Of a stretch of DNA of 20,794 nt, positions 9,226 to 18,056 are shown one piece after another. The notes under the pieces were generated by a model, which saw only the letters and a program-made list of their open reading frames with translations, was not told where the DNA came from and searched no databases. Position 1 is the first letter of the stretch. Each line of letters opens with the position of its first letter. Origin of the DNA: Polyangia bacterium (GTDB lineage: Bacteria; Myxococcota_A; Polyangia; JAAYKL01); the NCBI GenBank assembly GCA_050287845.1, contig JBNKCR010000041.1, positions 1 through 20,794 of the forward strand, given 5' to 3'. Position numbers and translations under genes: made by a program.

Positions 9226-10875
9226 ATGAAAAACATCAACCCGACCACCACCCGCGCGTGGAAGAAGCTCAGCGATTTGTACAGAAAAAATCAGTCCGTA
9301 ACCATCAGTGATCTGTTCGGCAGGGATGCGAACCGGTTTGCAACGATGTCCAGAACTTTCGAAGACGGGTTTGTGCTGGATTTTTCGAAGAACATGATTG
9401 ACGACGACATTTTCAACGCGCTGATGGCCCTGGCGGAGGAAACCGATTTGCAGAGCGCCATTGACGCGATGTTTACCGGGCAGAAAATCAATCAGACCGA
9501 GAACCGGGCGGTGCTTCATGTGGCTCTGCGGAATCGCAGCAATGACCCTATCATGGTGGATGGCAGGGATGTGATGCCGGAGGTGAACCGGGTACTGGAT
9601 CAGATGAAGGATTTCTGCGGTCGGGTGCATTCGGGGGACTGGACCGGTTATACGGGCAAAAAAATCACCGATGTGGTCAACATTGGCATCGGTGGCTCCG
9701 ATCTTGGGCCGGTGATGGTGACCGAGGCGTTGGCCGCCTACGGTGTGGATGGCATCAGCGTGCATTTTGTTTCCAATGTGGACGGTACACATATCGCCGA
9801 AACCCTGAAACGGGTATCGCCGGAAACCACACTGTTTCTGATTGCTTCCAAAACATTCACCACTCAGGAAACCATGACCAATGCCCACACGGCCAGAGAC
9901 TGGTTCCTGGAAGCCGCCGGTGACAAGGCCCATGTGGCCAGACATTTCGCTGCGCTCTCCACAAACGCCCAGGCGGTATCGGAGTTTGGTATTGATACCG
10001 ACAATATGTTCGAATTCTGGGATTGGGTCGGTGGTCGGTACTCCCTGTGGAGCGCCATCGGACTTTCCATTGCCCTGGCCATCGGCTATGACAATTACAT
10101 CGAGTTGCTTTCGGGCGCCCACGAAATGGACAATCATTTCAAGGGCACCGAGTTCAAAAACAATCTTCCCGTGCTGCTGGCGCTGATTGGTATCTGGTAC
10201 AACAACTTCTATGGTGCTGAATCCGAGGCCATTCTGCCATACGATCAGTACATGCATCGGTTCGCCGCCTATTTCCAGCAGGGAAACATGGAATCGAACG
10301 GTAAGTATGTGGACCGCGACGGCAACCGGGTGGATTACCAGACCGGCCCCATTATCTGGGGAGAGCCCGGCACCAATGGCCAGCATGCGTTTTATCAGTT
10401 GATTCACCAGGGCACCAAACTGATTCCCTGTGATTTCATCGCTCCGGCGCAGACCCACAATCCCATTGGCGATCACCATCCCAAACTGCTCGCCAATTTC
10501 TTTGCCCAGACCGAAGCACTGGCATTTGGCAAGAACAAAGCGCAGGTGGAAGCAGAGTTCGCCGCAGCGGGCAAGTCCCCGGAGGAAGTGAAGGATTTGG
10601 TGCCGTTCAAGGTGTTCGAGGGAAATCGGCCCACCAACTCCATTCTGGTGAAAAAAGTGACCCCGCGAACTCTCGGGCAGCTGATTGCCATGTACGAACA
10701 CAAAATTTTCACCCAGGGCGCCATCTGGAACATTTTCAGTTTCGATCAGTGGGGCGTGCAGCTGGGCAAGGAACTGGCCAATAAAATTCTGCCGGAACTT
10801 ACGGCCGACGGTGACGTGGCCACCCACGACAGCTCAACCAATGGACTGATTAATCAGTACAAGGTATGGAAGTAA
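9226..10875 (+). CDS. pgi: glucose-6-phosphate isomerase
   Basis: RBS GAGGAG before ATG 9226. Motifs [50 protein letters not shown] and [10 protein letters not shown]. Confidence 0.98.
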   Translation: MKNINPTTTRAWKKLSDLYRKNQSVTISDLFGRDANRFATMSRTFEDGFVLDFSKNMIDDDIFNALMALAEETDLQSAIDAMFTGQKINQTENRAVLHVALRNRSNDPIMVDGRDVMPEVNRVLDQMKDFCGRVHSGDWTGYTGKKITDVVNIGIGGSDLGPVMVTEALAAYGVDGISVHFVSNVDGTHIAETLKRVSPETTLFLIASKTFTTQETMTNAHTARDWFLEAAGDKAHVARHFAALSTNAQAVSEFGIDTDNMFEFWDWVGGRYSLWSAIGLSIALAIGYDNYIELLSGAHEMDNHFKGTEFKNNLPVLLALIGIWYNNFYGAESEAILPYDQYMHRFAAYFQQGNMESNGKYVDRDGNRVDYQTGPIIWGEPGTNGQHAFYQLIHQGTKLIPCDFIAPAQTHNPIGDHHPKLLANFFAQTEALAFGKNKAQVEAEFAAAGKSPEEVKDLVPFKVFEGNRPTNSILVKKVTPRTLGQLIAMYEHKIFTQGAIWNIFSFDQWGVQLGKELANKILPELTADGDVATHDSSTNGLINQYKVWK

Positions 10876-10882
10876 ACCAATC

Positions 10883-12457
10883 ATGATATTCAGGCTTCAC
10901 GGTATCCGGCTCCGTTATAACCGGGATTCTGTTTCGGCGCTGAAAATCCGCATCCTGCAGCATCTGTCTCTCAAGGAAGATGAGCTGGTGTCGTTCACGC
11001 TGGTGAGGCGGTCGATTGACGCCCGCAAAAAGCCGGTGTGTCTGGTGTACACGGTGGATTGCGTCACTACCCGGGACGTGGTCCACCGGGATATTCAGCC
11101 GCCGGAGGAGGCGCTGGCGCTGAATGTGATCATCGGCAAAGAACCTCTTGCGGATTCGCCGGTGGTGGTGGGTGCTGGTCCGGCGGGGCTGTTTGCCGCT
11201 TACATGCTGGCCAAACATGGATACCGCCCCATTCTGCTGGAGCGGGGGGAGGCCATTGAACAGCGCATCGCCGATATTGAGGCGTTCAAGCAAACCAGGG
11301 TGCCCAATCCGGAATCCAATGTGCTCTTTGGCCTGGGGGGCGCCGGCACCTACTCCGATGGCAAGCTCACCACCTCCCTCAGTCATCCCATTGTGGGGGT
11401 GATTCTGCAGACGCTGGTGGAGGTGGGGGCACCGGAACGGATTCTCACAGATGCCAAGCCCCATATCGGCACGGATTTGCTGCAGGGGGTGGTGACCAAC
11501 CTGGCCGCGAAGATAGAAGAGATGGGCGGAAAGTTGATAACCGGTACGCGGCTCACCGGACTGAAACACCAGAACGGTCAGCTGACCGGGGTGGTGACCA
11601 CCTCCGACCGCATTGATACGCGAATCGCCGTGCTGGCCATTGGTCATTCCGCCCGGGATACCTGGGATATGCTGGAATCGACCGGGGTGGAAGTGGTGCC
11701 CAAACCCTTTCAGGTGGGGGTTCGGGTGGAGCATCCCCAGGAGTGGCTGGACCGACTGCAGTACGGTGAAGGGGCCGGACATCCCGCCCTGGGCGCGGCG
11801 GATTACAAGGTGACGGCCCGGATGAACAACATACCGGTGTTTTCTTTCTGCATGTGCCCCGGTGGTCATACCATTCCCACGGTGAGCGAGCCGGAACATC
11901 TCAGTGTGAACGGAATGTCCTATCACAAACGCAATTCGCCGTTTTCTTCCAGTGGCATTGTGGTCACCCTGCCGCCCGATGCGTATGGCGCCACTGACAA
12001 GGCCAGTGCACTGAATTTTGTGCGCACGCTGGAACAGAACTGCTTCAAACGCGGCGGCGAAGACTACACCGCACCGGCCCAGAAGCTGACCGATCTCCTG
12101 GAGGGACGGGCCACGACCCGGTTGCCCCAATCGAGTTTTGTGTTTGGTCTCGTGCCCACCTCGTTCGATACCCTGTTTCCCCGGTGTATTCTGGATCCGA
12201 TTATCAAAGCATTGCCGGTGTTTGACCGGCGGTTGCCCGGATTCATCCATCCCGATTCTCTGGCCATTGCCCCCGAGGCCCGGGCATCCAGTCCGCTGCG
12301 TATCACCCGCGACAAGGAAACCAGAGAATCGGTTTCACTCAAGGGACTCTATCCGGCCGGTGAAGGATCGGGATATGCGGGCGGCATCATGAGCGCCGCC
12401 CTCGATGGTATCAACGCGGCCCTCAAAATTATGGCGCAATACAAGCCAATTGGATGA
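10883..12457 (+). CDS. uncharacterised FAD/NAD(P)-dependent oxidoreductase (COG2509-like)
   Basis: VVVGAGPAG Rossmann motif, GLGGAGTYSDGKL, KPHIGTD, FCMCPGG and GLYPAGEGSGYAGGIMSAALDG. Starts 7 bp after pgi, so probably co-transcribed. Confidence 0.9.
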   Translation: MIFRLHGIRLRYNRDSVSALKIRILQHLSLKEDELVSFTLVRRSIDARKKPVCLVYTVDCVTTRDVVHRDIQPPEEALALNVIIGKEPLADSPVVVGAGPAGLFAAYMLAKHGYRPILLERGEAIEQRIADIEAFKQTRVPNPESNVLFGLGGAGTYSDGKLTTSLSHPIVGVILQTLVEVGAPERILTDAKPHIGTDLLQGVVTNLAAKIEEMGGKLITGTRLTGLKHQNGQLTGVVTTSDRIDTRIAVLAIGHSARDTWDMLESTGVEVVPKPFQVGVRVEHPQEWLDRLQYGEGAGHPALGAADYKVTARMNNIPVFSFCMCPGGHTIPTVSEPEHLSVNGMSYHKRNSPFSSSGIVVTLPPDAYGATDKASALNFVRTLEQNCFKRGGEDYTAPAQKLTDLLEGRATTRLPQSSFVFGLVPTSFDTLFPRCILDPIIKALPVFDRRLPGFIHPDSLAIAPEARASSPLRITRDKETRESVSLKGLYPAGEGSGYAGGIMSAALDGINAALKIMAQYKPIG

Positions 12458-12530
12458 TGTGGGGTGGACTCAACCACCGATATGTTGGTATCCGGTCGAC
12501 AAGTGGGTAGACTCTCCATCGTGAATGGAT

Positions 12531-12556
12531 GGCGTGAAAGGACGGCGTGAAAGGAC
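12531..12556. repeat. 13-bp tandem duplication GGCGTGAAAGGAC x2, with a degenerate third copy upstream
   Basis: Copies at 12531-12543 and 12544-12556, abutting the stop codon of the minus-strand gene at 12557. Confidence 0.85.
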
Positions 12557-13441
12557 TCACTCTTTGTTGACAGAAGCGTCTTTATGCAGTCGTTCCATGA
12601 AAATTTCAGGCTCGTTCAGTTTGTCGAACCCGAGTTTTTGATATAGTCCGTGGGCGTCCCGGGTGCCGAGCATCCATCGACGGATATGCTGCAATGCGCC
12701 ATGGGACAGAACTTTTTCCAGCAGTTGTCGGCCAATTCCCCGCAAACGGAATTCCGGCAACACGTATACATCCGCCAGATAGGCAAGGGCCACATAGTCA
12801 GTGATGACGCGACAGAATCCCACCATTTCGCCGAGGCGATTGTAGATGCCAAAGCTCAGGGAATTACGAAATGAGGTCACCACATCGTCGAAAGATCTGC
12901 CGCTGGCCCAATAGGAGTCCTCACTGAGACAGCGGTGAAGGAGGGGCAAGTCCAGTTTTTCCCAGTCGGTGGATACAAAATACTCGGTTCGGGTGGGTAA
13001 TTCCGTTACGTCCTCCAGTGCGATGCCCTGGTCCCGGCACCAGCTGAGCAGGGCGAAACGGGTTTCGTCTTCTTCAAACTGGTACCACTTTTCAAGCATC
13101 CCTCTGGATTCGAGGAAACTTTTAAAGCGGCGGTATGCGCCTTTTCGGGCAAACATCCGTTCCACTCTGGGATACGCATCGGGCATTTCCATTTCCACAA
13201 ACTGAAACACCAGCGATGTCCCCAGATTCAGGTCCCGTTTTGAAGGCACCCACACGTAATCGTCGCTCTGATAGGCGTCTTTCGGAAGTTGAATTTCATC
13301 ATCGAAATCCATGAAGCCGTGATCGTCTCTGGCATACAGTTTTCCGTCAGGCACATGCACCGCCACCGACACATCACTCATCCCATCGTTGAGAGATGTG
13401 ACATCAAACGCCCATTCGATATCGCAGTATTTCAGTCCCAT
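12557..13441 (-). CDS. fusion of UPF0158-like N-terminal domain and GNAT N-acetyltransferase
   Basis: N-half FARKGAYRRFKSFLE...WYQFE...LSWC resembles UPF0158. C-half SYWASGRS...GFCRVITD...YLADVYVLPEFRLRGIG...TRDAHGLYQKLGF is a GNAT. Start ATG 13441 or GTG 13447. Confidence 0.8.
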   Translation of the reverse strand: MGLKYCDIEWAFDVTSLNDGMSDVSVAVHVPDGKLYARDDHGFMDFDDEIQLPKDAYQSDDYVWVPSKRDLNLGTSLVFQFVEMEMPDAYPRVERMFARKGAYRRFKSFLESRGMLEKWYQFEEDETRFALLSWCRDQGIALEDVTELPTRTEYFVSTDWEKLDLPLLHRCLSEDSYWASGRSFDDVVTSFRNSLSFGIYNRLGEMVGFCRVITDYVALAYLADVYVLPEFRLRGIGRQLLEKVLSHGALQHIRRWMLGTRDAHGLYQKLGFDKLNEPEIFMERLHKDASVNKE

Positions 13442-13490
13442 GTTCACCAGGTTCCAGATTGAGGTTAAAGCTATATTAGCACACTGTTAT

Positions 13491-13528
13491 CCAGGAAATC
13501 ATCGAAAATGATGCAAGTGATTTCCTGG
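13491..13528. promoter_or_regulatory. perfect 11-bp inverted repeat CCAGGAAATCA-N16-TGATTTCCTGG (operator or RNA hairpin)
   Basis: Arms at 13491-13501 and 13518-13528, about 50 bp upstream of the UPF0158-GNAT start. Confidence 0.5.
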
Positions 13529-13742
13529 GGCGCCCGATGATTGGCAGGGTGGGGAAAAAAATGCGATATTACTTGAAAGTTACTGTTTTTATGGGATTTC
13601 CTTCAGCAGATTCTATGCCATCAGATTCAACTTTCCGGGCTTCGTTGTTGTGGTAGCGGAACCTGCTGTGGCATGAGCGGTGCGTGCTTTGTGTTGCAGA
13701 TGGGCTGTTGGTAACCGGGGGGAAATGTGATTTTCGCGAGAC

Positions 13743-15020
13743 CTACAGGCTGAAACCGGGAATCCATCCGCCGAGAATGTTGTCAATGGTGTATTGCGCG
13801 GCCTCGTCGGCGTTCATCTGATATCCGGCGCGGGCACCGGGGTTGGCGCCGGCGCCGGTGCTGCCGTACTCCCGGAAACGGGCATTGGCGGGATTGTTGC
13901 CGCTCATATCGGTGAACCCGGACGCCTGAACATGACCGCCCATTTCCACATTTACATATCCAGTGTGTCCATCTGCGCCCCAGGGACGTCCCAGCCACAC
14001 GCCGCTTACCCCGCCCGATGCGGTAAATTTTCCGCCGAGAAACACAATGCCAAAGGACACGGCTGCATCGGTTTTGGGAGCGGAATACACGCCGCTATCC
14101 CGGGTGCATCTGGCTTCACAATTGTCAAAGACCGCGGTGCCGCCGCCGAAAATGAAATCCACGGTGCCTTCGATGTAGCAATCTTTAAAATAGGCCGACC
14201 CACTATGCACATATAATGTATCCTGCCTGGCCACCGCGCGGCAGTTGCGGAATTGTACCCGCTGGGCATTGGCCACTTCCAGCGCCACCGCCTGGCTCCC
14301 GTCCCCGAAGCTGTTTTCAAAGGTGATGTTCTCTGCGGCTGTGTCGTCCGCGGAGAACTTGACGGAATAACTGTCGAAGGTACTGCCCACCTTGCTGTTG
14401 CTGTCATCAAAGGTGAGGATGGTTTCCCGGGCGTTGCCGACTTCACCGCACAGGGTGATGCCGGGCTTGTTCACATCGATTTTTTCCCGATATTTCCCGG
14501 GTTTGATTTTGATGATGGTGGCGCCGGATGCGGCGGCAATGGCGTCCTGCACCCGGGTGAAACTGCCGGAACCGTCCGACGCCACCTGAATGATGGATTG
14601 ACTGGCAATACTGTTGCAGTCTGCGCCGGGCGGAACTTCTGATTCAGTATCACTCCCGGAATCGGTGCCTGTATCGCTGCCGGAATCCGATTGACTGTCC
14701 GTATCCGTGTCTGTATCTGTGTCCGTGTCGGTGTCTGTGTCCGTATCCGTATCCGTATCCGTATCCGTGTCTGTGTCCGTATCTGTGTCCGTATCTGTGT
14801 CTGTATCTGTGTCCGTGTCTGTATCCGTGTCCGTGTCTGTGTCCGTGTCCGTGTCCGTGTCCGTGTCTGTATCTGTATCCGTGTCCGTGTCCGTATCTGA
14901 ATCCGTGTCGGAATCCGCATCTGTGTCTGCAGAACTGCTATCGGTGTCCTTCGAATCAGAACATCCCAACAGAATAAGCATGACAACAACGGTGCCTGAA
15001 AACCAATTGAATTTCCTCAT
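13743..15020 (-). CDS. lipoprotein pectin methylesterase (CE8) with DT-repeat linker
   Basis: Signal peptide ending LLGC. CE8 motifs VASDGSGSF, PGKYRE, QAVAL, QDTLY, YIEGTVDFIFG and LGRPW. Start placed at MRKFNW (15020). Confidence 0.93.
   Translation of the reverse strand: MRKFNWFSGTVVVMLILLGCSDSKDTDSSSADTDADSDTDSDTDTDTDTDTDTDTDTDTDTDTDTDTDTDTDTDTDTDTDTDTDTDTDTDTDTDTDTDTDTDTDTDTDSQSDSGSDTGTDSGSDTESEVPPGADCNSIASQSIIQVASDGSGSFTRVQDAIAAASGATIIKIKPGKYREKIDVNKPGITLCGEVGNARETILTFDDSNSKVGSTFDSYSVKFSADDTAAENITFENSFGDGSQAVALEVANAQRVQFRNCRAVARQDTLYVHSGSAYFKDCYIEGTVDFIFGGGTAVFDNCEARCTRDSGVYSAPKTDAAVSFGIVFLGGKFTASGGVSGVWLGRPWGADGHTGYVNVEMGGHVQASGFTDMSGNNPANARFREYGSTGAGANPGARAGYQMNADEAAQYTIDNILGGWIPGFSL
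14697..14927 (-). repeat. coding 6-bp repeat encoding about 33 x DT plus a few DS/DA
   Basis: GAY-ACR units in frame within the CE8 gene. Confidence 0.95.
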
Positions 15021-15129
15021 CACAGCGCAACCTTTCTGCAACCACCCCGCTCCAACGCCCAATGGCCGGGTTCATACCAGAATAGCAGAAAAAAGAATGA
15101 AAAAAGTGGGAAATGCCCAACGGGAAATT

Positions 15130-16635
15130 TCAGAACACATTCAGCTCCCACAGGCAGACGTCGTAAAGTGTTTCTGCGGATTCATCTCCCGGGACCAGCA
15201 GCATCACGGCATCAATTCTGCCAGCGCCATCAAACACCATACCGCCGGTTTTCCCGCAATCTGTTTTCAGATTTGACCAGTTGATCTGGCTGACGCCGTC
15301 GGCAATTTCTGTACAGTACAGTTCGCCCCCGGCTTCAACCACCAGTTGAAGGGGAAATGAACCGGTTTTGGTCACGTTGACTTCCAGACCATCGCCCTCT
15401 GGAACCCAGCCGTCATTGGCGATTTCGTCAACGGGTTGACCGGTATTGATACCCAGGACACCAACGGATTCGGTATTCGCAGCCGTGTTTCCAGTGATAC
15501 ACAACCGTTCTCCTGCCCGCGCATCATTAAAATTCTGGGGGCTGATTTGTGCGCCGGCAACCTCCCCGGGAGAGGTCCATGCGTCGCCATGCAAGGGACC
15601 GGCGCATACATATCCCCCCTGAAAGACGCGATACGACTCACCATCACAGTTGATTTCCGGGTTGTATGCTGAATCAACGATAATTGGATTTTCGCAACAC
15701 CGCAGGTTGTCTTCGCATCTCCCATCCTGAGCGGTTCCGCCCCAGGAAACGCAGTGAGGTACGCAATCGTATTTGCAGCTGAAATCATCCGTGGAATCTG
15801 TATCGATATGTATTTCAGAGTCTGAGTCCGTGTCTGGGGAGGCGGGACAATTCTTGCTGCCAGCGTCCCGTTTACATGCCACATCGCATACGTCGCAGTA
15901 GATGCATTGCATATAGTTCCAGTACAGGGTTTCGGCTGCCATTGAGGCATTTTCAAAACAAATTTCCTGAATGCTCTTCCAGTCGGGGGACGACCACGAG
16001 TCCAGGATGCACGCGTCCAGGTCACTGCAGGCACTGTCCGTGTTGCAGGCCGAAGCCGCTTCACTGCAGGGGCCAGTGGTGCTTGCCCAGGTAAAGCAGG
16101 AGACCTCGCCGTCGTCCGCATCTTCGTCGTAGCAGGGACTGTCAACAAAATTCGGTACTGTTTCCGAGTCGCCGTCTGTGCCGGTATCGGAATCAGAAGC
16201 GGTGTCCATATCGGTTAACGTATCACTGTAGGCGCATTGATGGGTGCCTGCCACGGCGATGCAGTCCATACCAAATACGTCGCAATCATCCCAGGCTCTC
16301 CATGCGCCGTCGATGCACTTCGAAAGAATATCTCCGTTGCATTGGCTGCTGCCGGATTCGCATCCGGACATGGAGTCCGAAGGCGAATCGGAGGTACTGT
16401 CAGTATCTGCTCCGGCGTCAATGGGTATTTCCGTGTCGTTGCCCAAAACAGATGCGGATGCGGTATCCGATTGAGGAGTTCCGGTATCACTCCAGAGTGA
16501 GTCATCGGGATCTGATGTGGCCGATTCATCGGATAAAGCCGAGGTGTCAAAGTTCGGTTTTGCAACGGTGGGTTCGCAAGCGATGCACAGCACAATCATC
16601 GGCAGAAAAATTGAAAATATTGGCGCACGGTTCAT
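15130..16635 (-). CDS. Cys-rich, Asp/Ser/Thr-rich secreted lipoprotein with a C-terminal beta-rich domain (possibly carbohydrate-binding)
   Basis: 501 aa, signal peptide ending CIAC, three Cys-rich modules separated by acidic linkers. No catalytic motif recognised. Confidence 0.7.
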   Translation of the reverse strand: MNRAPIFSIFLPMIVLCIACEPTVAKPNFDTSALSDESATSDPDDSLWSDTGTPQSDTASASVLGNDTEIPIDAGADTDSTSDSPSDSMSGCESGSSQCNGDILSKCIDGAWRAWDDCDVFGMDCIAVAGTHQCAYSDTLTDMDTASDSDTGTDGDSETVPNFVDSPCYDEDADDGEVSCFTWASTTGPCSEAASACNTDSACSDLDACILDSWSSPDWKSIQEICFENASMAAETLYWNYMQCIYCDVCDVACKRDAGSKNCPASPDTDSDSEIHIDTDSTDDFSCKYDCVPHCVSWGGTAQDGRCEDNLRCCENPIIVDSAYNPEINCDGESYRVFQGGYVCAGPLHGDAWTSPGEVAGAQISPQNFNDARAGERLCITGNTAANTESVGVLGINTGQPVDEIANDGWVPEGDGLEVNVTKTGSFPLQLVVEAGGELYCTEIADGVSQINWSNLKTDCGKTGGMVFDGAGRIDAVMLLVPGDESAETLYDVCLWELNVF

Positions 16636-16794
16636 CCGGTTTCCCCTTTTTCTATTTATCTCAGTTTAAAATCGATATTATCGCAAAGCGTGGGAGTAAC
16701 CATCATTTTTTTCAAACATTTGGGTGTAACTCTCATATTTACAAATTTTTGTTCATGAAGCTGGACGCAGTTCCAATACATTCTGGAGAGGAAT

Positions 16795-16819
16795 GGGACG
16801 TTGTAAATTTTGTTAACTT
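16795..16819 (+). repeat. left imperfect inverted repeat of the RAYT unit (GGGACGTTGTAAATTTTGTTAACTT)
   Basis: Aligns by hand at 20 of 26 columns (one gap) with the reverse complement of 17867-17892. Confidence 0.65.
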
Positions 16820-16820
16820 G

Positions 16821-16848
16821 TTGACAATTTTCTTAAAACCGATACCTT
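16821..16848 (+). promoter_or_regulatory. putative sigma70 promoter giving a leaderless RAYT mRNA
   Basis: TTGACA (16821-26), a 16-bp spacer, TACCTT (16843-48), then ATG at 16855 with no Shine-Dalgarno. Confidence 0.55.
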
Positions 16849-16854
16849 CACAGC

Positions 16855-17868
16855 ATGCCGAGAACAGCGAGAATAGATGCGCCTGGGTTACTTCATCATG
16901 TTCGGGTGCGGGGAATTGAACGCCGGAAGATTTTTGTGGACGATGGGGACCGGTTGGATTTTTTGAATCGACTGGAAGTGGTGTGCGCGGATGGTGCCGC
17001 AACGGTGTATGCGTGGTGTCTGCTGTCCAATCATTTTCATCTGTCCATTCGCGCCGAAAATCAATCTCTGGCGACCACCATGCGACGATTGCTTTCCGGG
17101 TATGTCACTGCGTTCAACAAACGGCATAACCGGAACGGTCATCTGTTTCAGAACAGATACAAATCAACTGTCATTGATGAAGAACGATATTTTCTGGCGC
17201 TACTCAGATATATTCACCTGAATCCGGTTCGCGCAAGGCTGGTGGAAGATGTGCGGTCACTGAAAGACTATCCATGGACCGGGCACCGGGTGTTGCTGGG
17301 AAAGGCGCGGATGTCGTTTCAGGATACCGATGGGGTGCTGGGCCGATTTGGGAAGCGCGCAGGGGAAGCCCGTCGGAAACTGGTGAAGTTCATGGGCGAT
17401 AAAAGTGAACGGGACGAGCGCAAGTTGTTCAAAGGGGGCGGATTGGTGCGCAGTGCCGGCGGCTATGAGGCGTTGAAGAAGATGTCCAGAGATGAAAAAT
17501 GGGCATTTGATGAGCGCATTCTGGGCAGCGGCACATTTGTGGAATCCGTACTGAAACAGGCTGAACCGGAAATGCTGACTCCGTCGATGACCGAACCCGA
17601 GCGTACCACCCGGTTCGACCAGTTGATCACACGTGTTGCGGCGATGGCCGATATCGATGCGTCGCTGATGACCAGTGGCGGCCGCGATCGCCATCTGGTG
17701 CGAAACCGTCAGATACTGTGTTTCATTGCCGTGAAACATCTCGGGATGTCGCTGACCGCAGTGGGTCACAGCCTGAATATTTCGAAAGTGGCCGTGTTGA
17801 ACAGCGTGGCAAAAGGCAAGGCCATCGTGCAGGAAAATGGCGTTGATATGAAGAAATTACTAAAATAA
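16855..17868 (+). CDS. HUH/Y1 tyrosine transposase of the REP-associated (RAYT/TnpA-REP, IS200-related) class with C-terminal DnaA-domain-IV/TrpR-like HTH
   Basis: MPRTARI..PG..HHV..RG..R..IF start, AWCLLSNHFHL (HUH), GHLFQNRYKS, YIHLNPVRA (catalytic Tyr), YPWTG, and helical tail R..LCFIAVKHLGMSLTAVGHSLNISKVAV. Confidence 0.92.
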   Translation: MPRTARIDAPGLLHHVRVRGIERRKIFVDDGDRLDFLNRLEVVCADGAATVYAWCLLSNHFHLSIRAENQSLATTMRRLLSGYVTAFNKRHNRNGHLFQNRYKSTVIDEERYFLALLRYIHLNPVRARLVEDVRSLKDYPWTGHRVLLGKARMSFQDTDGVLGRFGKRAGEARRKLVKFMGDKSERDERKLFKGGGLVRSAGGYEALKKMSRDEKWAFDERILGSGTFVESVLKQAEPEMLTPSMTEPERTTRFDQLITRVAAMADIDASLMTSGGRDRHLVRNRQILCFIAVKHLGMSLTAVGHSLNISKVAVLNSVAKGKAIVQENGVDMKKLLK

Positions 17869-17892
17869 GTTAACGGAATTAACTGCGCTCCC
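17867..17892 (-). repeat. right imperfect inverted repeat of the RAYT unit (+ strand AAGTTAACGGAATTAACTGCGCTCCC)
   Basis: Overlaps the RAYT stop codon and is the partner of 16795-16819. Confidence 0.65.
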
Positions 17893-18056
17893 TTGCCCCG
17901 CCGGACAATGATTTTTTTTCATTTTTTTTACTTCCGTTAAAGTATTGAATCGTTCAATCTGGAACTGGATGTTTGTAAGGAGACTTCATGTAAGTTGTTG
18001 ATATGGGATAAATTTATTCTGATATTTGAACAAAAATACGTAAAATAAAGGGACGA

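Noticed and set aside
10741..10770. PGI motif [10 protein letters not shown] instead of the common FDQWGVELGK
   Set aside because: The catalytic Lys and the other active-site motifs are intact, and as I recall Gln is a tolerated variant here. Not evidence of inactivation.
9076..12250. Long antisense ORFs 9076-10827 and 10850-12250
   Set aside because: They mirror pgi and the oxidoreductase, as expected from GC-rich codon bias, and show no protein motifs.
14471..15276. Poly-SV and poly-RI/RT ORFs over the DT repeat
   Set aside because: Shadow frames of the CE8 linker.
16855..17868. Canonical IS200/IS605 element with TnpB or subterminal hairpins
   Set aside because: The protein is about twice the length of IS200 TnpA, there is no tnpB, and I found no clear subterminal or GTAG hairpins next to it.
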